Shown here piece by piece: positions 1-11,536 of a stretch of 64,000 nucleotides of DNA. Position 1 is the first letter of the stretch. Each line of letters opens with the position of its first letter. Both the position numbers and the translations under genes were made by a program. A model generated the notes under the pieces. The model searched no databases. It saw nothing but the letters and a program-made list of their open reading frames with translations, and was not told the DNA's origin. The DNA comes from Rhina ancylostomus (lineage: Eukaryota): assembly GCA_030265395.1 (NCBI GenBank), contig JARFYF010000061.1:15307142-15371141 (forward strand), written 5' to 3'.

Positions 1-165
1 AAATTATGTCCCCTCGTGTTAGCCATTTTTGCCCTGGGAAAAAGTCTCTGACTGTTTGACTGATCTATGCCTCTAATCATCTTGTAGATCTCTATCAAGT
101 CACCTCTCATCCTCCTTCTCTCCAAAGAGAAAAGCCCTAGCTCATTCAACCTATCCTCATGAGTT
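1..165 (-). mobile_element. CR1-clade LINE (HER1-like), 3' ORF2 fragment truncated by the window edge
   Basis: The reverse strand reads ...RLNELGLFSLERRRMRGDLIEIYKMIRGIDQ..., the same C-terminal motif as the copy at 938-1183. Confidence 0.8.
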
Positions 166-284
166 GTATAATAGGAAATGTGACCTGTGACTACCTTCAA
201 CTGTCTGAAGCCATTCTAGAACATACAATTCAAAAGGATCAGAATCATGTTGATTGCAGCAAATGTTACCCATGTTAAGCTTCA

Positions 285-655
285 TAGCACAGTGTTTAAA
301 TTACTCGACTGGTATCCAGAGACCTGGACTATTGACCTGGAGCACATGTTGGAATGTCCTCACAGCAGCTGGGGATCTTACATGTAAATAATTAAATGTA
401 CTTGGAGTTAGAGTTAGTATCAGTCATGATGACCATGAAACCCCTGAGCTGTTCGAAAGACTCATCCGGTTCACTAAAGTTCTTCAGTGAAAAAAATTTG
501 TCACTGGTGTATATGGGACTCCATATATGGCATCATGGTTGACTTAACCACACCAATGAAATGGCCCTGTAAGTCACATAGCTCACAGGGCATTTAGAGA
601 TGGAAAATTTAAGGTGGCCTTGGAAGTGACTTTTACATGCTTTGAGTGATTCAAG
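285..655 (+). mobile_element. Old tRNA-derived SINE with CR1-like 3' tail
   Basis: Degenerate head (ggtatccagagacctggact...), body (gaccatgaaac...ccggttcactaa) and tail (gggcatttagagatgg...ggccttg). An inverted copy lies at 18245-18592. Confidence 0.55.
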
Positions 656-664
656 TAGTATTAG

Positions 665-1205
665 AATATAGAACATAGAACACAGCATAGGAACAGCCCC
701 TTCAGCCAACAATAAGTGTGTCAGTCATGATGCCAAATTAAACTAAACCTTTCTGTCTGCAAATGATCCATATCTCTCTGTTTCCTGCATGTTCATGTAT
801 CTGTCCAAATGTCTCTTAGATGCTACTATTGTGTCCACCCCTGGCAGCGCATTCCAGGCACCTACCACACTTTGTGTAAAAAACTTACACCACATCTCCT
901 TTAACCTTTACCCCCTCTCACCTTAAAGCTATGTCCTCTAGTATTTGATGTTTCCACCCTGGGAAAAAGACTGACTCTCTACTCTATCTATGCCTCTCAT
1001 AATTTTATAAACCTCTATCAGGTCTCCCCTCAGCTTCTGATGCTCCAGAGAAAACAATCCAAGCTTGCCTAACCTCTTCTTGCAGCTAATACTCTCCAAT
1101 CCAGGCAGCAACCTGGTGAATCTCTTCTGCACCTTCTCCAAAACCTCCACATCCTTCCAGTATTGGGGTGACCAGAACTGCACACATTACTCCAAATGCT
1201 CCAAA
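665..1205 (-). mobile_element. CR1-clade LINE 3' end (ORF2 C-terminus plus 3' UTR)
   Basis: ORF 938-1183 reads QFWSPQYWKDVEVLEKVQKRFTRLLPGL...LGLFSLE..KLRGDLIEVYKIMRGIDRV. A short-repeat tail (tagaacatagaac) marks the 3' terminus. Confidence 0.92.
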
Positions 1206-1419
1206 TGTAAGTATTCTTCTTACATTAATTATTTCATGGACTATTCAAAAGCAAGATATTATTCAGCATTTTGAATTAGCATCAATTCTGAAGATACCCT
1301 TTCTATAGACATTTCTTAAATTTTCTAAATTCATGAGGAAAATATTTATCAGTGGCAGCCTAGAGACTGGCGATTGGAAACCTGAAAGAGAGAATGTCTG
1401 GTGAGGCCAGGATTAAGCA

Positions 1420-1762
1420 TAGTTATAGAATCATAGATTTATACAGCTCTGAAACAGGCCCTTAGGCCCAGCTGGTCCATGCCGACCAAGTTCGTCCCAT
1501 TTGGCAGTGTTTGGCCCATAACCTTCTAAACTTTTCCAATCCATGTACCTGTCCAACTGTCTTTTAAATGCTGTTTTTGTACCTACCTCAACCACTTCGC
1601 CTGGCAGATCATTCCACCTTGATACCACCCTTTGTGAAAAAAAGTTGCTCCTCAAGTTCTAATTAAGTCTTTCCCTTCTCACTTTAAACCTATGCCCTCT
1701 AGTTCTTGATTCCCCAACCCTGTGAAAAAGACTGAGTCCATTCACCCTATCTATGCCCCTTA
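1420..1762 (-). mobile_element. CR1-clade LINE 3' end
   Basis: ORF 1431-1655 reads NFFSQRVVSRWNDLPGEVVE..TAFKRQLDRYMD. It carries the gggcctaagggcctgtt 3' UTR and a short-repeat tail. Confidence 0.88.
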
Positions 1763-2184
1763 TATGCCCCATAGCTAAAAAAAATCTGCCAACTCTCACT
1801 ATTCACATGGAGAATGATGGCTGTGTGGGATTAGATACTGAAGTGCTACATGAGCAGCATGAGTTTGTCATTGTGAGCATTGTGAGTAAAACAAATATAT
1901 TAATGCAGTACTACTCAGTGAAGGCATTACTGAAGAATGTTTGCACAGTATTTTAAATAAAGAGGAAGAACTCTTATGCTCATCTGGCCTGCAGCAATTT
2001 GCTAAAGCAAAAAATATTCATGAGGGTGGTTGCTGCCTGATTAAAAAGTCATGACCTTAAAGTACATTCACCAGTGAGTGTAAAAAATGGTAGCACACAG
2101 TCCACTGTTGAAGCTTAGACATGAACATACAGTTTGAAAGCATGAAACTGTCCATATTTTGAGGACCTGCTACTGAGAGTAAAA

Positions 2185-2335
2185 GGCAGTAACTGAAGAA
2201 TATAGCAAACACTTAGCAGGTTAGGCAGCGTCTGAAGAAATAGAAACAGAATGAACATTTCCAGTCAAAAACCCAATGAGTGTTTCCAGCATTATCTGTT
2301 TTTATTTCGGACTTCCAGCATCTGCTGTTGTTTTG
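2185..2335. mobile_element. Internally deleted fold-back remnant of a Penelope-like pseudo-LTR
   Basis: aaacacttagcaggttaggcagcgtctg...gaaacaga is followed by the opposite-orientation end tgagtgtttccagcattatctgtttttatttcggacttccagcatctgc. The same motif occurs at 33358 and 25075. Confidence 0.55.
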
Positions 2336-2799
2336 AAAGGTGTTTTAAGTTAGGGATTAATGTCCACGGAAGTGCAATAGTTCAGAAAATCAGCATTAAA
2401 AGCACAAGAAAATATTCATTAACCTACTTGAGAATCTCATTGTAGGGCTGTAGACTTAGGGGCAACAACAAATGAGTTTTCTGAATGTAGAGTCATAGTG
2501 ACATGCATCCTTACTTTAATCTTTTGTCACTGTAAATATTGCACAGTATTATTCCTAATTTTCTCCCTTATTCTTCTTTAACCAGAGGCCCAGTTCAGAT
2601 GTAGTTACTTGGGCATCACTAGTACCTGTCTTTCGGGGGAAGGCCCAGATAGCAAGTGATGAAACACTCATTCATTGTGGGGAAGTATAATGTCAATTGG
2701 GAATTAATTAAGCATTTACCAATTTATACAGAGGTTTTGCTGGATTTCATTCCCATTAAGATGGTGGCCTCTGCTTCAACAACAGTGTGCTGCAGAAAA

Positions 2800-3095
2800 T
2801 CCCACAAATAGTTTGAAATTCTTGGAGGGCTTAACATAGACCGTTCCCTCTTACTGGAGGGAGGGAACTAGGGGCCATATTTTGGGATAATGGGTCTGCC
2901 ATTAGGTCTGAGGATAAATATCTTTATTCTAGTACAAATGTGAAAGGCTTTGGATGCTTGGGAATATATGTGATACCATATAGAGGCAGATTTTTGGGCA
3001 CTGAGAATCAAAGATTATGAATGTGGAGTCCATAACCTTGTAGAATGGTAAAAGGAGTTCTGAGGGGCTGTTTGGCCTCACATTTCTTGCTTTGC
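2800..3095 (+). mobile_element. Old CR1 LINE 3' end
   Basis: tttgaaattcttggagggcttaaca...aactaggggccat...gagaatcaaagattatg...gaggggctgtttggcct, a degenerate CR1 C-terminus and UTR. Confidence 0.65.
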
Positions 3096-3599
3096 CTTGT
3101 ATTTCTCCAGTGGATGTGTGTCTATGAGTAAGTGGAATGGACCTCTGTAATAACATGTGAGCTCCACCAAGGCATGGCTAAGCCCCTAACCTACGCAGGA
3201 ACAGGTAATAAGTGGCTTTGATAATTGAACATTTGATCAATTGCTTTGGAAGCATGAACATTGCAAGATGTCCCATTGGCTGTCCTTTTAACTGTTGCAG
3301 CTAATAGTTATCTTCTCAGCATTATAACTTAAACAAGGTGGACCACTGCCTCCACAGGTTATCCAGAAACAAGAGTCCCAGTCTTCTCCAGACTTAACCT
3401 CATCTTTATTGTGGTGAAATATATTCATGAGGGCGGCTGCTGCCCTGATAAGAAATCATCATCATGTTCAGAGGTCCCATTGAAAAGAGAATAGGTCCAT
3501 GACAATAAATGGAAGATATAATTAAAGATTTTTAGTTAATAATATCATTATTTCCCTGTTACCCATATATTGTTGTCAAATTGAGATCATGATTGCTAA

Positions 3600-3695
3600 T
3601 GTATTTCTAGTGACTTTATTTAGTTACACACTTGTGAAACACCTTGAGACATTTTATCTGGTTGGACTAACATGTAAGTGCAAATTGTTGTTCTT
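3600..3695 (+). mobile_element. L2-type 3' tail
   Basis: cttgtgaaacaccttgagacattttat...gtgcaaattgttgtt resembles the L2/Deu-SINE 3' terminus. Confidence 0.45.
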
Positions 3696-3864
3696 GAATG
3701 AAAGAAAGCTGAAAGTATGTATATAATAAGGAACCTCTCAGAAATAAGGCAAATCACTCATGTCAATGCATTATTATGGAGTGCTTTTATGTAGTTGGGC
3801 ACCCCAACTCTTTTACATCAAGGAAGATCCAACAAACTGTGTAAAAACTGTTAGTTTTGGTTAG

Positions 3865-3919
3865 AGGAGAAAAGTTGATCACAACACCAGGAGAAAAGTT
3901 GATCACAACACCAGGAGAA
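3865..3919. repeat. Perfect 24-bp tandem duplication (2.3 copies)
   Basis: aggagaaaagttgatcacaacacc at 3865-3888 and 3889-3912, followed by aggagaa. Confidence 0.95.
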
Positions 3920-4300
3920 CGTTATCCTCATCATTTAAGTGCCAAAAGATCTTCAAATATCCACTTGAACTCGTGAGATCACAATCACGGTCTCAGCTTG
4001 ATGTCTTGAAGGGCAGACAGGGCCTCTTTTCAGTGCCTTAAAAGACTTGCGATTGGGCAGGGTATCAGACTGGGTGCCCTGTCACAAAAAGACAATAAGA
4101 GCCTCATTTGGGTGTCTTTAAGAGGAGACAATGTCTCAGATTTGTGCCTTAATGAAAAGACAGGCCCTTAGAATGTTGTCTCATATAGAGGCCAACAAAG
4201 GAAGCAGTTGCACAATAGTCTTCAGTTCATGTGTTCAAATCCTGCTTGGGGGTTCTTGAACCAGTGACTCAGATGGAAGTGTTAACACCTCAACAAACTG
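3880..4300 (-). mobile_element. Degenerate Deu-domain SINE (SacSINE/AmnSINE-like)
   Basis: caccaggagaac...agtgccaaaagatcttcaaatatccacttgaac...cagacagggcctc is the antisense Deu core. A tRNA-like head lies near 4230-4300. Confidence 0.5.
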
Positions 4301-5299
4301 ACCACAATTGAATGGAGTGAAAATATAAAGCAGAAGTTAACACCCAGTATAGAAAATGTTCCAATGTGCAAATGGTACATGCAAACCTTTTCATACAACC
4401 CACAGAATACTGTGAACATAAAGTGGAAATAGAGCCTATAAGTAGGAAAACTTTAAAGCCATTTTTCAGACATGAGTTAGTCTTGAGACATAAAGCATTG
4501 TTTTTGACAAATGTTTGTTGCTTTTTGCTCTAAAACATTAATTGAACATGCCATCTTTTGTATACAGAATCCAGATAGAACTGTCGTGCCTCAGTTTGAA
4601 TGTTTGGTTTGCGGCTCGACCCTTTCACCAGATCGCAATTGGAGACACTTGAGCAAATTGCTCTGGGTCATTTTCATTTCCCCTTTCCATGTCAGGTTTG
4701 AATTTCCTGAATTGAACAATGAGTTAAAAAAACATGCCTTAATAAGCAGTAGATACTTGTAAAATAAAGAGATATCTCAGACTTTCATGGATTCATACTA
4801 TAAAAATATATTAATTTGTGGTAGTTATGTTAATTTTATCTGGTGCAGCTTGATGAATAATTTTATCAGATTCGATATATCTCTGGATAATAGATATATT
4901 GAAGATAATAGCACCAATGGCAATGTTCTTCCAATGGATTGATGTTCTTGGTATTTGTAAAGAAAATGTAGCATATTGGTAGAACATTTAATTGCAAAGG
5001 TTTATGTGAAGACACAACGTCATCAATTACAAAGCCCACTGAGAGTGATTTTTCTNNNNNNNNNNCATATGCAAAGTTGGTCATGCTGGAAACTAAACCT
5101 GCTGGTGGATTTGGAGAGACCTGCAGTTGGGAGCATCCATGCTTTCCTCTGCCCTTTCTGGTCTGGTAGCTTTAACAAATCCAGCCATGTTGACTCCAGT
5201 GATATAGATGGCTACTCAGGATTTGTGAGACAAGAGTCAGGGTTATTGGTCATTGCCATGGATTTGATGCCCATATAAAAATCTAGTGGTCCCCAACAG

Positions 5300-5742
5300 A
5301 TGGGTGGTCTGACTGCTAATAATCATGTTAGGGGCAGGCTTGTAATCATTACAAATTATTGTGATCGATTACACGAGGCCCATATTTGATTATTTGTTTA
5401 TTTCTGGGAACAATTTCATTTTACAGATATGTGGTGCCTTCATTTCAAATTTGAAAACTGAATTGCCATGCCTATTAAAAGGAGAGAGAAGTGCATTTGT
5501 CAAAAGGGTGTCCTTTGTTGATAGAAGAATATCAAACTCTCCCTAAAGGGTTAAACACCAAACTCTGAATGTGACATAGTGAGAGGGAAGATGAGAAAGA
5601 AAAGGGCAAGTGAAGAGAAGAACAGGAACAACATTGATCAGTAAACCAATAATCAAATATGGGCCTCTTGTAATCTATCACAATAATTTGTAACGATTAC
5701 AAGCCTGTCCCTAACATGATTATTAGCAGTCAGACCACCCAT
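5300..5742. repeat. Long inverted repeat / candidate MITE (101-bp arms, 241-bp spacer)
   Basis: 5300-5400 is the reverse complement of 5642-5742 with 5 mismatches by manual alignment. Termini are atGGGTGG...CCACCCat. Confidence 0.93.
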
Positions 5743-6524
5743 AAATTCAGTCGCTGGTACTGTACCCTTTGTCTTGATACACGATTAATAAAAACAATTG
5801 AGCTAAAATAAAAAAAACACACAGAGCTCTCGGTGTTATTAAACACGTGCTTGCTAGCCAGCTTAGAATTGGAGCATATAGAGTAACCTTTGCAAATCAT
5901 AACAAGCAGATCTATCTGGCTAGAATATTGCTTGATCGGTTCTGAAAGGAATAATCAGATTTGTACGGAAGCTGGCCGTACAGATTGACAGGAAAGTGCA
6001 CAGAGTGGGGGTTGGGAAGAGAGCCATGTATCTCAATGTTTAAATCCAGTTAAATAAATTACCCTTTCAATGGGTTGTACTTTGTTACAGCCATTTGCTT
6101 ACTGGTAGAAGGTAGGGTTTAAGATGGAAGAAATTTATTTTTTAATACCATACAGGAAGAGAATGACATGTCTTCAATACAAGAATCCACTGTTGTACAG
6201 AAACTGTGTGTGATATTCGGTAATGATGAAATAAACTGAATAGTGTACTGCTCTGGGAAATTGGGACCATGTTGGAAAAGCTATTTTCCTGGGCACCTGG
6301 TCAAAAAATAATGGTGCATTATTATCACAATGTGAACAATACAATATATTAACAGGGGACATTTAGAATTGGCAGATGTGTCCCTACTGTGAAACAAGTG
6401 CATTTACAATGCCACATAAAGCCACTATTTATGACATGGTGGGCAAGCTGAGTTGGAAACACTTGTGTCTGGCCCAGAGGGTTCTGGGCTCGCCTCCCCT
6501 TTGAAGGTTTGCCACACAATTTAG

Positions 6525-6685
6525 GCTGACCCTCCAATGCAGTACTGAGGTGTTCCACAGTTTGAGATGTTGTCTTTTAAATTAGATATTAAACAAAGGC
6601 GCCAGCCTAGAAATTCAATGGCACGTGAAAATATACACTGACAATGAGACTTGCAGGGGACACATGCCTTTTATCCCAGATAAAA
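6525..6685 (+). mobile_element. Deu-domain SINE fragment
   Basis: gctgaccctccaatgcagtactgagg...gagatgttgtcttt...gatattaaacaaaggc...aattcaatggcac. It is interrupted by the following CR1. Confidence 0.5.
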
Positions 6686-6687
6686 CT

Positions 6688-7245
6688 TTGGTTTGGCCGC
6701 ACTTGGAGTATTGTGTGTAATTCTCGTCGTCCCATTACAGGAAGGATGTGGAGGCTTTGGAAAGAGTACAGAAGAGGTTTACCAGGGTGCTGCCTGGATT
6801 AGAGGATATGAGTTACAAAGAGAGGGGTTGTTTTCTCTAGGGCTTTGGAGGATGAGGGGAGACTTGATAGAAGTTTATAAAATTATGAGAGGCATAGATA
6901 GGGTAGACAGTCAGAATCTTTTCCTGGGGTAGATAAATACCAGAAATACTACATATATACTGGAGGATGTGCATTTAAATTGAAAGGTGGAAAGTTGACG
7001 GGATATGTGTGGGGCAAGTTTTTTTTTTACAGAGACTGGTAGGTGCCTGGAATGGGCTGCTGGGTAGTAGTGGAAGCACGTATGACAGTGGCATTCAAGA
7101 GGCTTTGAGATGGACACACGAATATGCAGGGAATGTAGGGATATGGATCATGTGCAGGCAGAAGAGATTTAGTTTAATTTGGCATCATGTTTGGTGCAGA
7201 CACTGTGGGCTGAAGGGCCTGCTCCTATGCTCTATTTTCTATTTA
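6688..7245 (+). mobile_element. CR1-clade LINE 3' end
   Basis: Frameshifted PHLEYCV*FSSSHYRKDVEALERVQKRFTR...MRGDLIEVYKIMRGIDRVD...FFLQRLVGAWNGL, with the 3' UTR gggctgaagggcctg. Confidence 0.9.
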
Positions 7246-7279
7246 ATGCCCAATTTGCATGCACACATCTTGTGTACAG

Positions 7280-7745
7280 TAAGCAGTTGGTAAGTCAAAT
7301 GGTAGTTTGGCCTTTATTACAAGAGGATTTGAGTATAAAGCGAGAGATACCTTGCTCCAATTATGTCAGTCTCTGCTGACAATTGAAATAATGTGTCTCC
7401 CTACTTAAAGAAGGTTAAATTTGTGATAGTGGAAGGGAAGTAAAGATTCACAAAGCTTCCTGGGATGGTGGGGTTGTTGCTTGAGGTTAAGCTGATCACA
7501 CCATCTTGAGTTCAGAAGAATGAGAGATGATCTAACTGAAGCCTTTAAAAGTCTTACAGGTCTTGGCAGGGCAGATGCAGAATTGGCTGGGCTAAATAGT
7601 CCAAAGAGCCACAGTATCAAAATAAGGGGTTGGCTATTCAAAAGAGAGATGAGAAGAAATTTCTTCAACCAGAGGAAGAAATAATGATACAGCATTCACC
7701 ATCTCAGACCATGGCCCTCCACAGACAGTAGAGGATCATTTAGAG
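7280..7745 (+). mobile_element. Older CR1 LINE fragment
   Basis: ggcctttattacaagaggatttgagtataa...cttgagttcagaagaatgagagatgatct...gagatgagaagaaatttcttcaaccagagg. Confidence 0.72.
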
Positions 7746-7769
7746 GTGGGCTCTGGACATGATGAGTCA

Positions 7770-9092
7770 CTTGCAAAAGATAAACTGCTGGGGGAACTCA
7801 ACAGGTCAAGCAGCATCCGTGGAGGCAAAGAAATGGTCAACATTTTGGGTCAAGACCCTGCATCAGGACTGAGTGTGGAGAAAGAAGATAGCCAGTAGAT
7901 AGAGGTGGGAGGAAAGGGTGAGACAGAGGCTGAAAGGTGATAGGTGGAACCAAATGAGGGGGTTGATGGGCAGATGGTGCCAGGTGGGGAGGGGCAGGGG
8001 TGAGTGTTGATACAGAGGCTGGTGGGTGATAGGTGGACCAAGATAATGGAGGGATGATGAGTTGATGGAACCAGTGGGGGAGAGGATAGGAAATGTGACC
8101 CAAGGGAGAAGAAACCCAGGTGTTTGGGTAATGGGCAGATAAAACAGGCTGGGAGAGGTGGATGATTCTGGGTAACAAAAAGGTTGGGGGTGGTTGAGGG
8201 ATGGAAAAGGTGAAGAATGGGAGAGACACCCTGGATTGACTGATGGGAGAAGCAAAGGAACACAGGGCGATGGGTTACCTTGGAAAATTCAATCTTCATA
8301 CCACAGGGCTGCAGGTTACCCAAACAGAATATGTGGTCTTGTTCTTCTTGTTTGCATTTGGCCTCACTGTGTTAGTGGAGAAGGCTGAGGACAGGCAGAT
8401 CAGAGTGGGAATGGGGAGGACAGATGAACTGACGTACTCAAGATTGCTCTTGCGGACGGAGTGCAGGTGCTCTTCAAAGAGGTCGCCTAATCTGCACTTG
8501 GTTTTGCCAATGTAGAGGCGGCTACATCGCAATTGCTGAATGCAATAGACCAGGCTGGAGGAGGTGCACGTGAACCTCTGCCTCACCTGGTTGTTTAGAT
8601 CCCTAGAGAGCGGTGAGGGAGGAGGTGTAGGGACAAGTGTTGCACCACCCATGGCTGTAGGAGAAAGTGCCAGGTGGCAGGGATGGATGAACGGACCAGG
8701 GACTCACAGTGAGGATGGTGCCTGCGGAAAGTGGAAAGGAAGGGAAGATATGGCTGGTGGTGGGACCCTGTAGGAGCTGGTGGAAGTGGCAAAGGATGAT
8801 ATGCTGGATCTAGTGGGGCTGACAGATGAGGATGACTAGGGGAATCTGTGTTCTCTCTGGGGAGAGTGTGGGTAAGAGCAGACATGTGGAAAATGGAGGA
8901 AATGTATGTGAGGACTCCGTCAACTACAGCAGAGGGGAAGCCATGTTTCCTGAAGGAGGAGGACATTTCAGAAGCCCTAGAGCAGAAGGCCTCATCTTGA
9001 GAACAGATGCAGTGGGGACAGTGTGGGAGGAGGTGTAGTCGAGGTAGCTTTGGGAGTGTGTAGGTTTATAGTAGATATTGGTGGATAGTTTG
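7770..9092 (-). mobile_element. Penelope-like retroelement, 5'-truncated (RT thumb, GIY-YIG endonuclease, pLTR), pseudogenised
   Basis: Minus-strand peptides KLSTNIYYKPTHSQSYLDY (about 9035-9092), MSSSFRKHGFPSAVVD (ORF 8595-8966) and QVRQRFTCTSSSLVYCI..CSRLYIGKTKCRLGDLFEEHL (ORF 8296-8652), with frameshifts between them. Confidence 0.9.
7835..7871 (-). ncRNA. Degenerate minimal hammerhead ribozyme motif in the Penelope pLTR
   Basis: Minus strand CAGTC-CTGATGC-A-GGG-TCTTGA-CCC-AAAA-TGTT-GACC. Two core substitutions, so probably inactive. Confidence 0.55.
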
Positions 9093-9229
9093 ATTGGCTA
9101 TATTAAAAAAGCAACAAGATTTACTTGAAATGGGTATATACAGGGACCCCTCATATAATTCCTGAAAAGTGTGTCATATTGTATCTTGCTTTCCAGCAAT
9201 TCCAATTTTGCACCTTTCTTAGAAAAACT

Positions 9230-9310
9230 TAAAAACAGAAAATGCTGGAAATCCTCCTTATATCAGGCAGCATCCATGGAGAGAAAAATCAAGTTAAACT
9301 GCTGGTTGTG
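9230..9310 (-). mobile_element. Penelope pLTR fragment
   Basis: aaaaacagaaaatgctggaaat...tcaggcagcatccatggagaga...agttaa, the same motif as 33358 and 41548. Confidence 0.55.
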
Positions 9311-9434
9311 AAAATCTGATCTTTGAGTTTTTTTTATTGACTTGGCATTGTCAGTGAAGAATCACGAAACTCACTGTGAATTCTGGGTACAAGGATGACT
9401 AGCTCCTAAAATTAGACATGTGTCTGAGGTGTAA

Positions 9435-10105
9435 TATAGAGTGTGAAGCGCAGAAACAGGCCCATTGGCCCACCACATCCATGCTAACCTTTTTGCCCAT
9501 CTACACTAATTCCATTTGCCTGCATTGTCTGCATTCCTCTATGCCCATTTAAATGCCTGTGAAAATGACTCTTAAACAAAGTGATTGTATTCNNNNNNNN
9601 NNNNNNNNNNNNNNNNNNNNNNNNNNNNNNNNNNNNNNNNNNNNNNNNNNNNNNNNNNNNNNNNNNNNNNNNNNNNNNNNNNNNNNNNNNNNTTCCCCTC
9701 AGATCCCCTTTAAAACTCATTTGCCTCACCTTAAACCTATGCCCTCTTGTTTTTGATATCCTACCATGGGAAAAGATTCTATCTACCCTATCTATGTCTC
9801 TTACAATTTTATGTACCACTATCACGTCACTGCTTAACCTCCTTCACTCCAGGGAAAACAAACTCAACCTTATCCGAACTCTTCCCATAACTAAAGTCCT
9901 CCAATCCAGGCAATATCCTGGTGAACTACTTCTTTGCATCTTTCCTGTAGCGTAGAACTGGACCAAATACTCTACAGCAGATAATCCTCCAAATAAGTGT
10001 GGTCTAATAAGTGTTTTGTAAAGTTGTAACATAACAACCCAACCTTTATATTCTTGCCCCAACCAATGAAGGCAAGCATATCATATGCCCTCTTCATTAC
10101 CTGAT
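9435..10105 (-). mobile_element. CR1-clade LINE 3' part (contains a 100-N gap)
   Basis: Minus-strand GQEYKGWVVMLQLYKTLIRPHL...LSLFSLE...KTRGHRFKV..SFKGDLRG (ORFs 9844-10062 and 9484-9825). Confidence 0.88.
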
Positions 10106-10386
10106 TAAAACATGATAACGATAATTATCAGTGAGCAGGTTTGTGCAATCTGGTCTGTTACCCATTCAGAGCTAAGCTTGCAAATCTGAGTTACACTTTT
10201 TAAATGCACCGTAGCTAAGCAAGCAGTTTTCTGAGCAAGATAACTTATCCCTGTGCTCAGAATTTGGCTTTCTGGCATTTAAACATCAATTAAGAAAATA
10301 ATATCAGGCAAGAGCCAGCTAAAAGTTATGCTGATCTCTGCTTCTTTAGCTGAACCAGGTCAAATACTGTGAACATGTGACGTAAC

Positions 10387-10419
10387 GCACACACGGACAC
10401 ACACACACCCACACACACA
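10387..10419. repeat. Imperfect (CA)n microsatellite
   Basis: gcacacacggacacacacacacccacacacaca. Confidence 0.85.
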
Positions 10420-11178
10420 GAGTCTTTGCAGGCTTCTCTCAATCTACCTATTATTCATTACATATGTAAGGATCTTGTATGTCTCGGATCCAAAAGCAAA
10501 GCCTTCGATTACCAGCATCTGTTCAAAACATACCCAGCTTTAAACATGAATCTTCTCAATTACACTGTAGGTTGTGCAAAGCATTGCAAGACTATTTTCT
10601 GCAGTGAGATTTTGTGTGTTTTGAATATTGCACTAACTTTGAAGCTATTGATAATTTGTACCATATATATCATAAAAGTCATATATCCATCTAATCTAAT
10701 ACCTGGGGCAAAATTAGATTCTGTGAACCTATTCTTCAAGCAATGTGAGAATCTTGAGAAGTTTACATTGCTGTGGTATGCCTGCACACTTGTAGCCACA
10801 CTGGGCCATAAATCTTTTTACTGAGCACAGCTGGGCTTACATATTGAATGGTTGCTGCGACTGAGGAGTTCAGGCAGGTCTCATCATTCCATGCCAATAT
10901 TACTATTTTGAATCTAGTTCATACCCCATCTCAAACTTCCACAGCTGATCATGTGGAGCCCACCCTCCATCACCCCCTCAATGTCCATCAGTACTCACTC
11001 CCCACTCGCAATATTTTAGGGAAATATTCATGCAGGTTGACTTTTTCCAACTGTTGCTCTTTTCTAGGTTCATAGTAGTCTACTAGTTTCAGTACTCAAC
11101 TTTCAGAAGTTGACTCAAGTTGCACAGACTTGCAGGGAGTGGTGTTGCAGGTATAGAAGGACATTATCCTGAATTTGG

Positions 11179-11536
11179 TGTCACAATGTTGATCGAGAAC
11201 AGAGACTCGGCTGACCTGTTCGCTGAGCTGCCCCACAGTCACCGTAAGGGTCTGGAAGTCTGCCACAACCCCCCGGAGCTCCTGGTCATGCTGGCCCAGA
11301 AGTGAACCCTGGTTGGCAAGNNNNNNNNNNNNNNNNNNNNNNNNNNNNNNNNNNNNNNNNNNNNNNNNNNNNNNNNNNNNNNNNNNNNNNNNNNNNNNNN
11401 NNNNNNNNNNNNNNNNNNNNGAGGCAAGATTCCTTCCAGTTGCTGCCTGTGTTTGTCCTGAGGAAGCATCCTGACTCCAGTCTTGTATCGGTGTGCCTCA
11501 TTTGGATTCTCTGTGAGTTTGCTCAACACTGTGACA
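11179..11536. mobile_element. TGT...ACA-bounded element with 5-bp TSD and a Gypsy (Sushi/chromovirus-like) gag N-terminal fragment on the minus strand
   Basis: TTTGG at 11174-11178 and 11537-11541 flanks TGTCACA...TGTGACA. Minus strand 11320-11201 translates LANQGSLLGQHDQELRGVVADFQTLTVTVGQLSEQVSRVS. There is an internal 100-N gap. Confidence 0.75.

Noticed and set aside
3865-3919. CRISPR-like direct repeat
   Set aside because: The copies are adjacent with no spacers, the context is eukaryotic and there are no cas genes.
7837-8323. Three overlapping 130-157 aa Pro/Ser/His-rich ORFs
   Set aside because: They arise from the stop-poor, C-rich non-coding part of the Penelope element.
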